Below, piece by piece: positions 54,038-64,000 of a stretch of DNA of 64,000 bases. How positions within the stretch are numbered: the stretch's first letter is position 1; every line of letters starts with the position of its first letter. A model generated the notes under the pieces. That model was not told the origin of the DNA. It saw only the letters and a program-made list of their open reading frames with translations, and made no database searches. Location: contig OX597815.1 of NCBI GenBank assembly GCA_951406725.2, forward strand, positions 189,534,001 to 189,598,000, written 5' to 3'. The DNA is from Octopus vulgaris (taxonomy: Eukaryota). A program made the translations under genes and the position numbers.

Positions 54038-54262
54038 TAGTATTATAATCCCTTACAAAACCTTTTTTCCAAATTTTAAGCCCCGCTAAATTAGGGGGTT
54101 CCTTAAACACGTGGGTTCCATATACACATTAAAATATATATAAGTATATATCTTAAAAACGAATTTTACCGATATGGTCATTTTTTATATGCTAGCCACT
54201 GATATAATCATTTTAATGATTATATCCTCAATTTATAAGTATATCTATCTATCTATCTATCT

Positions 54263-54452
54263 ATCACCATGATAGATCGTTAGCCACTACACACAATTTT
54301 TTCTCTCCTTGTTTTTTCTGTGTCCCTTTCTGTAGAAGAGCATTGGCTCGAAACATAAAATACTTTTTCTATTCCTGAGCGTTATACTAATACATCTGTT
54401 TGTTTTGTGTGCCACCTGTCTTCGTCCTGTTTTTTTCGTAAACTCTCCCTAT
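54263..54452 (+). mobile_element. Family E element, second copy
   Basis: Collinear with 40693-40885; microsatellite flanks. Confidence 0.7.
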
Positions 54453-54457
54453 ATATG

Positions 54458-54496
<39 letters not shown>

Positions 54497-54635
54497 GTAT
54501 GTATGTATATATGCATGCGTGTGTGTATGTAGGTATATATATAGAGAGAGATGGGAGAGAGATCATATAACTACAGACATATTATAAACTGTAAAGAATA
54601 CATATTATATATACATATGTATATACATCCATATA

Positions 54636-54820
54636 TATGTATGTATGTATTATGTATGTATGTATGTATGTTTGCATGTATGTATGTATGCATGCATGTA
54701 TGTATGTATGTATGTATGTATGCATGTATGCATGTATATATGCATGCATGTATGTATGTATGTATGTATGTGTGTATGTATGTATGTATGCATATATGTA
54801 TGTATGTGTGCATGTATGTA
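54636..54820. repeat. (TGTA/TGCA)n array
   Basis: Directly visible. Confidence 0.9.
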
Positions 54821-55603
54821 TAGTGTATGCAATCATAGACAAAAATGTTAGAAACATGGTTAACAAATCATTTTACCTTTTTATTTTTTTGACATTCGCA
54901 AAAATTTCCGTTCTCATCAAGTCTATCAAGTTATTTCGAAATATATATATTATTATGGCTATTTATAGACACGAAACTTACTTAAATGCATTCCACCTTC
55001 GAACTTTTAGTGGTTTTAAAGTTGTAGTTCAAAGGATAAGGTTGTTTTTGTGTTTTCTGTAGCACACTAGCAACTTTGAAAACAATACAACATACAACCA
55101 AAAGAAGACTAAAGCTGGAAAAAACATGCAAGAGTCAGTGATAGAGGTGGGAAGAAAACAAAAAGGGAAGTCCATGATATGAAGAGAGATGAATTAGAAC
55201 ATATTGACTGTGGGTTATGCAAGTTAGAAAAAGCAATGACAGAACATAAATCAAAGCTGAAAAAACAAAAGGCAAAAAGTAGAATATCTGGAAGCAAAAC
55301 TGATAAATTGAGACACTAAAGTGAGATTAATAGCATCTGGTGACAAAGAATAATGGCTTAAAAATCTGAATGAAATATATGTATACAGTATACACATGGT
55401 TACATATATATATATATGTGTGGATATATACATACATACACACACACACACACACATATATAAATATATATATATATACACACATACATATATATATATA
55501 TACACATATATATATGTATTTTTTATATATATATATAATGTATATATGTATATATATGTATATATATATATATATTTATATATATGTACATTATATATAT
55601 TTT

Positions 55604-56100
55604 TTCTCTCTTTTCTCTCTTTTACTTGTTTCAGTCATTTGACTGCGGCCATGCTGGAGCACCGCCTTTGATCGAGCAACTCGACCCCGGGATTTATTCT
55701 TTTGTAAGCCCAGTACTTATTCTATCGGTCTCTTTTGCCGAACCGCTAAGTAACGGGGACATAAACACATCAGCATCGGTTGTCAAGCAATGCTAGGGGG
55801 ACAAACACAGACACACAAACACATATATATATATATATACATATATACGACGGGCTTCTTTCAGTTTCCATCTACCAAATCCACTCACAAGGCTTTGGTC
55901 GGCCCGAGGCTATAGTAGAAGACACTTGCCCAAGGTGCCATGCAGTGGGACTGAACCCGGAACCATGTGGTTGGGTAGCAAGCTACTTACCACACAGCCA
56001 TTCCTGCGCCTATATATATATATTTATATATATATTTTTTTTTTTTTTTTTTGTACTTGTTTCAGTCATTTGACTGCGGCCATGCTGGAGCACCGCCTTT
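55604..56100 (-). mobile_element. SINE family B, full copy (55604-56012) plus a 3' fragment (56054-56100)
   Basis: Near-consensus family B. Confidence 0.88.
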
Positions 56101-56111
56101 TTTTTTTTTAG

Positions 56112-56277
56112 AGTGGTGAAAGAGTACAGCAGGAATCACCACCATCCCCTGCCGGAGCCTCGTGGAGCTTTTTAGGTGTTTTCGCTCAATAAACACACAC
56201 AACGCCCGGTCTGGGAATCGAAACCGCGATCCTCCGACCGCAAGTCCGCTGCCCTAACCACTGGGCCATTGCGCCTA
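56112..56277 (-). mobile_element. SINE family D, 5' part
   Basis: Reverse strand aggcgcaatggcccagtggttagggcagcggacttgcggtc...ggtttcgattccc. Confidence 0.8.
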
Positions 56278-56326
56278 TATATGTACATTATATATATATA
56301 TATTTATATTTATATATATATGTATG

Positions 56327-56361
<35 letters not shown>

Positions 56362-57499
56362 TTATATATATTCATATATATTTATATATATTTATATATA
56401 TAATGTATATATATGTATATATATATATGTACACACGCAACATGCATGCATATATGCATAAAATGTGTGTGTGTAAGTAGATATGTGTGTATGTATATCA
56501 TCACCATCATTTTATGTTTGTTTTTCATGCTGGCATGGGTGGGTTGGTTCAACAGAATTCAACAATTTGAGGACAACGCCTTCTTCCAATTTCTCACATT
56601 TTTTAGCATGGTTTTTTTTATGACTGTATATCGGCCCCTTTTGCAGAGGTTCCATTTGGAGGGAACACTAGCACTACAGAGACTGCATTGCCATCAGCAA
56701 GAGTAAAGAGCCCTCTTAAACCGTGCAATGTCAAGGTTTGAACCAGTTTCCAATCACTTAGAGCCTCCTGTGTGCTTTTGGGGCAGCAGGGAACTAACAC
56801 TGTTGGGGTTGCCTTGCAGCTTGCAACATGACAAGGAGCAACTCATTATGGCAAGCAATGCATAATTGTCAGGTCATTACAGCTGTTTCTTACATATTTT
56901 TTTAATAGAAAAATGAGAACTTTACTTCATTGCAAAAGCCGTAATCATCAGATGAAACATAATTTCAAAAACAAAAGAATATCACAAAAATGCAGTAGGG
57001 AAATGACTGAAGTTTGTTGAGGCTTGCTATGAAATGGAAGAATGATCAGCAAAATTAGCTGTTGTAGGCATTAAGGGGTGGAATTAGGTTAAGAATTTAG
57101 TCTGTGAGAGGATGTAATATGATATTTATGGTCAGTGTCCATAAATATTATATTCTTTTCTACTCTAGGCACAAGGCCCATCCATAAGTATTATATTACA
57201 CACAAGCATGCGTGCACATATATATTTATATACACAAAGTGTACTAGATTTTTGAATTTGAGCAAAGGGTAGATACATTTCTGTTTCACCTGATACAAGA
57301 AATAAAAGAAAACATGATGAAATTGACCTAAATTTGCTCAGTTTCACTCAATTTGAAACACACATTGTAGTTATGTGCAGAAGAATTTTCACCCAAATAC
57401 AATAATAAAGATCATATTTGAAGTTTAGAGAATGATTTCAGAATTGTTTTGAAATTCCTTCCACTTATTTTTCTTTCACTTTGCAATATTCTTTTCTCT

Positions 57500-57905
57500 T
57501 AGGTATAGGAGTAGCTCTGTAGTAAGTAGCTTGCTTATGAACCACACGGTTCTGGGTTCAGTCCCACTATGTGGCACCTTGGGCAAATGTCTTCTACTAT
57601 AGCCTTGGGTCAACCAAAGCCTTGTGAGTGGATTTGGTAGACGGAAACTGAAAGAAGCCTGTCGTATATATGTATATATATGTATGTGTATGTGTCTGTG
57701 TGTCTGTTTGTCCCCACTCAACATCGCTTGACAACTGATGCTGGTGTGTTTACGTCCCCGTAACTTAGCGGTTTGGCAAAAGAGACCAATAAAATAAGTA
57801 CTAGACTTACAAGAATAAGTCCTGGGGTCGATTTGCTTGACTAAAGGCAGTGCTCCAGCATGGCTACAGTCAAATGACTGAAATGGGTAAAAGAGTAAAA
57901 GAATA
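57500..57905 (+). mobile_element. SINE family B, full length
   Basis: Collinear with the other family B copies. Confidence 0.88.
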
Positions 57906-58488
57906 AATGAATTATATACATATACAATAATGCTGTTTGGGATTCAATTTATATTTGCTTAAATCATTCAGTATATCAGACACCCAAAATAGCAAATGTA
58001 GTTATTCACTTGATATAAGAGGTCTGAGCATTTTTCATAAATTCAGACCCTTTCAGTTGACAGAAAAGAGAATTTATGATTATTCCTGTATTTCAGGAGA
58101 ATATTACACATCGCTGAAGAACCTGGAAAATTATTTATATTTTTACAAACTGTATAAACTATATTGGTAAATGCTAATATTTTTGCATATCCTAAAGTAT
58201 TTTAGGTAAGTTTGGTGAAATTATAATTGATTTATAGTTATTTTACTGGTATTGTATCTATGCTGGAATTATTTAAACTGAAAGTTAAGTAAAAGTGTGG
58301 ACGAAAAATATTAGTTGATGTTACAGTATTATAGGTATGCAAAAAGAATCTGAAGAACGATGTCTTTATCTATTTATAACATGTTCTGACAAGCTCGAAA
58401 GTGGACAGGGCTTTTCACTCTTCGATTTCATGTTTTAGTTTACTGGAATGCATTAAGACATTCTTAATATGTATTTATTAATGATACC

Positions 58489-58719
58489 TATTTCTTTATT
58501 ACCCACAAGGGGCTAAACATAGAGTGGACAAACAAGGACAGACATAGGTATTAAGTCGATTACATCGACCCCAGTGCGTAGCTGGTACTTAATTTATCGA
58601 CCCCAAAAGGATGAAAGGCAAAGTCGACCTCGGCGGAATTTGAACTCAGAACGTAACGGCAGACGAAATACCGCTAAGCATTTCGCCCGGCATGCTAACG
58701 TTTCTGCCAGCTCGCCGCC
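58489..58719 (-). mobile_element. SINE family A, full length, near consensus
   Basis: Reverse strand ggcggcgagctggcagaaacgttagc...gagttcaaattcc...gcctttcatccttttggggtcgataaattaagtaccag. Confidence 0.9.
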
Positions 58720-58999
58720 TTGCCAGCTCGCAAGGTAAATATTTCCCCATGACCAGAAATGTTTTCACAGAAGACTGGGAATGAAGAACACTGCTTCCAA
58801 AATAGTGACATTTATTTACAAGTATCACATGAAGCTAAGGTAATGGGCCAGTAAAACAGAAACACACGCACACTCATACATGCTTATATACATATATACA
58901 TACATTATATACATACCTATCAATCTCTTTATCTACCTGTCAAAACAAATATATATACATATATACTTACAGACACACACACATGCATATTATGTATAA

Positions 59000-59152
59000 G
59001 ACATGCTTCTTTCAGTTTCCGTCTACCAAATCCACTCACAATGCTTTGATCAGACTGATGTTTTATTAGCAGACCTAAGCTGCCATGCAGTGGGGCCGAA
59101 CCGAATGCCATGTAGTTGGAAAGCAAACTTCTTACCACACAGCCACACCTGT
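59000..59152 (-). mobile_element. SINE family B, diverged 5' half
   Basis: cttctttcagtttccgtctaccaaatccactcaca...cttaccacacagccac. Confidence 0.65.
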
Positions 59153-59166
59153 ACCTAGCTGACTTC

Positions 59167-59395
59167 TTATTCCTTTACTGCTCACAAGGGGCTACACACA
59201 GGGGACAAACAAAGACAGACAAATGGATTAAGTCGATTATATCGACCCCAGTACGTAACTGGTACTCATTTAATCGACCCCGAAAGGATGAAAGGCAAAG
59301 TCGACCTCGGTGGAATTTGAACTCAGAACGTAGCGGCAGACGAAATACTGCTAAGCATTTCCTCCGGTGTGCTAATGTTTCTGCAAGCTCGCTGC
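59167..59395 (-). mobile_element. SINE family A with 19-bp TSD
   Basis: cctgtacctagctgacttc at 59148 and 59396. Confidence 0.9.
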
Positions 59396-60680
59396 CCTGT
59401 ACCTAGCTGACTTCATTAAATCAGTTTTGAGGGTAAATATTATTCTATTTTGGCCTCATTTAAAGTTTGGGTATAGGTGAGTCAAAATCCTTACATTTCA
59501 AAATGGAATGCAAGAAGTTGTGATATTCATGGTTTTCCACCAAATCAACAGCATTATGAATTTTCAATATCTTTAATCAAGCATTGAAGAATAGTTTCCA
59601 AATCATTGTACAATAAGAGATTACCATTTCTCAATAGCGTCTGTAAATATAAATATATGGATCAATTAGTCTTTATCAATAAATTTGCATTCTTTAAAAT
59701 GGAAACAAGCTCATTCAGTGCATCATTGAATGCTGCATAATAAAAAGTATTGCAAGCTAATAAATAAAACATTTCCACTTCTCAAGTACTGATACCAATA
59801 GCGATTCTATCAAGTCCTGTGCATAATCCTTTCTGAAAGTTTCAGATAAGAAAAATTGGACATAAAAAAAAATATATATATATATATAATAAAAATTACC
59901 AACAAAACAAAAGAAGCCTAAATACAGGAATATTTTAACTTATTGTTGCAATCTAATGGCTATTGTCTGTGTAGCAATTCTTGCTGCATATATTTTGAAT
60001 TTATTTCCTTCTTTTAAGTACATTTCCCCTAAATTTTGATTGATAAAAGGCATCCATTTCTTTAATACATTAAGGTCATTTGCATCTGAATAAAAATTTC
60101 TCAAGTTGGATAATATAGTTGTTGAACTTTTGATCTTTAATCCTTATCTTTAATCTATTGTTTGCTTCTTGCATTCTTCAATAATTACAGTTATTTATTT
60201 TTTTTATTGATAGTTTTCTAATTCCTTTTTGATCTTATTTTTAATTGCTATCATGGAAGCAGCGTGTCAAATGAAAGCTTTAAGTTCAGAGTCCTTTATT
60301 TGTAAAACAAATGAGCAAAAATGATTTTTTTTTTTCCTTAATTTTATAGATCTGCTTATGGCAGCAATTAATAGCCTAATTAAGAACACAGGAAATGAGA
60401 GACAAATGAATCCTGCAGTGCAAAATAGCTTTAAAACAGTTATTAGCCAAATATATATGCAAATATATTATTGAATATGTTAAAATATATGTGTATATAT
60501 TATGCACATATCTATATTTGTTTTGTGTATACATAAACATATATGTTTATATATAAGTATGTATGTATATGCAAATCATCATCATCTTATATGTATGAAT
60601 GCGTGTGTGTATTCTTTTATTCTTATATATGCTTCAGCCTTAAGGCTGTCCATGTTTATATATATATTTTTTTTTTAAAA

Positions 60681-60990
60681 TTTATTTATGCGTCCTTTTC
60701 AAGCCTAGCCAGGCTCGTGGGCCCGGTTTCCTGGTTTATATGGCGCATGTGTTTCCCCCAGCTGGACGGGATACCAGTCCATCACAGCATTACTCAAGAA
60801 ACAGGAAGAAAGAGTGAGAGAAAGTTTGGCATGAAAGAGTACAACAGGGGTTGCCACCACCCCCTGCCAGAGCCTCATGGAGCTTTAGATGTTTTCGCTC
60901 AATAAACACACACAGCGCCCGGTCTGGGAATTGAAACCGTGGTCCTCTGACCTACGAGTCCGCTCCCTTAACCACTGGGCCATTATGCCT
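60681..60990 (-). mobile_element. SINE family D, full length
   Basis: Reverse complement of the 46715 copy. Confidence 0.8.
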
Positions 60991-61783
60991 ACACACACAC
61001 ACACATAGACACACACACACATACACACACACACACACGCATACATGCATACACACACATACACACACACACACATATATATAAGTGTGTGTAAGCATGT
61101 ATGTGCATATTTACATATGTACTATAAACAGCAATTAAAACAGAGTTTTACTATATTTATGTCGAGATTTGTGTTAATATTTTTGGCATGGTTGAAATCT
61201 TTATCTAAATTAAAGGCTTTTATAAGTGTCGGAAATTTGGTCAAAAATGATGTTTTCAATTACCTCATAAATAAAACTTTAAATATCTAAGATTTAACAA
61301 GGTATTTAGATTTAAAAGCAGGGAATGAAAAGGAGAAAATTAGGTGTACTGAAAAAAAGTGGAGAGAAACAGGAAGTATGGAGGCAAAAAAAAAAAAAAA
61401 AAAAAAATAGAAGAGAAAGAAAAGATTAAAGAAACACAGAAATGTACAAGGATTATGGAATAAGAAAGAACGATAATCCCTGTTTAATACTGAATACAAT
61501 GAGCTTTATAGAAAAAGATAGTATTTATTCATTAGACTGGATTGTGAAAGTGAATAAGAAAGAATAAGTCAGATTGAATGTAAGCAGAATAACAGAATAA
61601 ATAGCAATGAATTTGGGTTTATATTTTGATGAATAGTAAGAAGGTAGGCACTCTGTATTATAAAAAAAAAAGGAATATAAGTATTACGGGTGAGTACAAT
61701 AGTGGATAACATATGGTAGGGCTTATGATCGAGTTACGGAAGCTACTGTAATGGAAAGAGTTGTATAAATATATATATATATA

Positions 61784-62000
61784 TATTTCTTTACTACCCA
61801 CAAGGGGCTAAACATAGAGGGGACAAACAAGGACAGACAAAGGGATTAAGTCGATTACATCGACCCCAGTTCGAAACTGGTACTTTATTTATCGACCCCG
61901 AAAGGATGAAAGGCAAAGTCGACCTCGGCGGAATTCGAACTCAGAACGTAACGACAGACGAAATACCGCTAAGCATTTTGCCCTGCGCGCTAACGTTTCT
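61784..62000 (-). mobile_element. SINE family A, near consensus, in (TA)n
   Basis: Collinear with the copy at 58489. Confidence 0.88.
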
Positions 62001-62044
62001 ATATATGTGTGTGTGTGTGTGTTTGTATATATAATTATAATTAG

Positions 62045-62262
62045 GGTATCTAAGAGATACCGCCATGGTGAAAATAGCAGCCAAGATCTGACTCTAAAAT
62101 CACATTAAATGCCTATACAGCACAAGGAGAGAAGACAAAAAAAACAAAATAAAACTACTAAAAAATTACTGGATAATTCCAGATCCTGGATTTCTGACTT
62201 TGCATTTAAAAATGCTTTGCCTCATCAGTGGAATATACGCAGAGAGTAGCATAAATGCACAT
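62045..62262 (-). mobile_element. Hammerhead-bearing element (family P4), long arm
   Basis: 62150-62260 is the reverse complement of 63615-63725; the left boundary is estimated. Confidence 0.65.
62176..62234 (-). ncRNA. Type I hammerhead ribozyme candidate
   Basis: Reverse complement of 63641-63699. Confidence 0.6.
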
Positions 62263-62315
62263 ATATATATATATATATATACATACAACATATGAATACT
62301 ACATATACGAACGTA

Positions 62316-62910
62316 TCATCATCATCATCATCATCATCGTTTAACGTCTGTTTTCCGCGCTAGCACGGGTTGGACGGTTCGACCGGAGTCTGGGAAGCCA
62401 GGACTCCACCAGGCTCCAGTCTGATCTGGCAGTGTTTCTACAGCTGGATGCCCTTCCTAACGCCAACCACTCTGCGAGTGTAGTGGGTGCTTTTAATGTG
62501 CCACCTGCACAGGTGCCAGAGGGGTCTGGCATCATCCACGATCGGTTGGTGCTTTTAATGTGCCACCGGCACGGAAGCCAGCCAAGGCGGTGCTGGCATC
62601 GGCCACGTTTGGATGGTGCTTTTTATGTGCTACCGGCACAGATGCCAGTCGAGGCGGTGCTGGCAACGGCCACGTTCGGATGGTGCTTTTTATGTGCCAC
62701 CGACAGAGGTATCACAACTACTATTTCCATTGATATTTGTTTCGATGTTCGTGTACACGCACTTGACTCAACAGGTCCCCTCAAGCACAGCAAGATGTTC
62801 CGGGATCCAAGGTACTTTGAATGGGCAGGTGCTATGCGAAACTGGAGCCGGAAGCGTCCCGGGTCTTTGTAGTCACAGCACATCTCCAGAGATCTCGGTC
62901 CTTCGCCAAT
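62316..62910 (-). mobile_element. RTE LINE 3' end: last ORF codons, 3' UTR with 4 minisatellite units, (GAT)n tail
   Basis: Minus strand LAKDRDLWRCAVTTKTR...* (RTE C-terminal DR..WR motif) running directly into the family C sequence. Confidence 0.8.
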
Positions 62911-63031
62911 GCACGTATACAACAACCCCGGCATAAATTGCCCGCTCTGTAACTCCATCATGCAATGTAGTTAAAACATCACCGGCCACTTGATAAGATC
63001 GTTATTTAATTTAAATTAGCGATATTGTCCT

Positions 63032-63063
<32 letters not shown>

Positions 63064-63128
63064 CCCACAAACATATATACAGAGAGAGGAGGGAAAGAGG
63101 AAGAGTTAGAGAAAGGAAGAAAAATAAA

Positions 63129-63313
63129 TACAGTTCTATATTTGAGTGGTGAACAATTATTCTCTTCATTATTTACATGATTTACATTTGAAAGAAATTT
63201 GTCGTCATCTTGTTTGTTGTTAACAACATTTCAGCTGATGTACTCTCCAGCCTTCATCGGGTGTCCTGGGAGAATTCCGAACCTAGGTTCTCATTCCTAA
63301 AGTATTTTCCCAA

Positions 63314-63351
<38 letters not shown>

Positions 63352-63408
63352 GTCAGGTCCCTACCTGGAATCGAACTCAGAATCTTGGGGTTAGTAGCCC
63401 GCACTCTT
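63129..63408 (-). mobile_element. Family H element; head interrupted at 63408 and resuming at about 63730
   Basis: Reverse strand tRNA-like head with gagttcgattcc B-box, (AAT)n, gacac-ccgatga-aggctg...cagct-gaaatgttgtt. Confidence 0.75.
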
Positions 63409-63572
63409 CATCATCATCATCATTGTTCGACCTGGGTCGAGACAATGGAATTTACCATGCTACGCCAGACTTCATGGTACATCATGGCATTACAGAGGTC
63501 CTGTTGCTGGATGCCTCTATCCCTGGAGATTACATCAGGGTAGGAGAGTGTGCACCCTCTGGTATTGCGAGT
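63409..63572 (-). pseudogene. RTE-type LINE ORF 3' end with (GAT)n tail
   Basis: RGCTLSYPDVISRDRGI..QDLCNAMMYHEVWRSMVN* followed by (GAT)n. Confidence 0.55.
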
Positions 63573-63640
63573 ATATATATATATATATATATTGCGAGAC
63601 ATATATATATATATGTGCATTTATGTTACTCTCTGCGTAT

Positions 63641-63699
63641 ATTCCACTGATGAGGCAAAGCATTTCTAAATGCAAAGTCAGAAATCCAGGATCTGGAAT
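63641..63699 (+). ncRNA. Type I hammerhead ribozyme candidate
   Basis: attcca CTGATGA ggc-aaa-gcattt/aaatgc-aaa-gtc a GAAA tccagga TC tggaat: perfect 6-bp stem I, AUC triplet, quasi-palindromic stem III, one extra A before GAAA. Confidence 0.6.
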
Positions 63700-64000
63700 T
63701 ATCCAATAATTTTTTAGTAGTTTTATATTTAACCACTACACCAAATGTCCGAGGGCATAATGCATAGTGGTTACATCAACCTTTCAAGATAATAAATTTT
63801 GAAGTAAAGGGAGAAACATATAATGATAGTAAAGAGAATGCTGTTCATGGTACAAAAATTACAAAAACGTAAAATGCAATAAAAATAAAGTTGAAAGGTG
63901 TATTGGATTTTGTAGACAAATTCAAGTTTATTTTCCAGTTATGAGAAAAGAAATTGGTCATATTTCTGGAAGTTCTCACTCTTCTGAAAAAGAAAAAAAT

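Noticed and set aside
55062-55330. Lys/Glu-rich exon after a good acceptor (similar composition at 25889-26164)
   Set aside because: Stops in all frames; more like decayed LINE ORF1 coiled-coil sequence, not assignable.
59420-60450. Degraded LINE endonuclease region on the minus strand
   Set aside because: Only faint compositional hints; no motif could be read with confidence.

Overview
AT-rich, microsatellite-dense eukaryotic non-coding DNA. The SINE families resemble octopus (coleoid cephalopod) repeats; this is recalled from sequence appearance, not from a database search. No intact protein-coding gene is visible, and most ORFs are microsatellite or SINE read-throughs. Repeats present: three abundant tRNA-headed SINE families (A, B, D), 5'-truncated RTE LINE 3' ends with a variable 61/67-bp minisatellite (family C), R4/Dong-like RLE-endonuclease LINE fragments inside (AAT)n, an internally deleted mariner, mariner/piggyBac/foldback MITEs, three non-autonomous Helitrons and a split pogo transposase remnant. 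The most interesting signal is six small, sequence-unrelated element families with hammerhead-ribozyme cores (CUGANGA...GAAA...NUH), near-canonical in some and degenerate in others. Five of them occur as head-to-head, outward-reading inverted duplications with one long and one short arm, as in Penelope-like element ends. One couples a tRNA-like Pol III head and an (AAT)n spacer to a minimal hammerhead, i.e. a candidate ribozyme-bearing SINE. Coordinates were counted by eye and may be off by a few bases at repeat edges.
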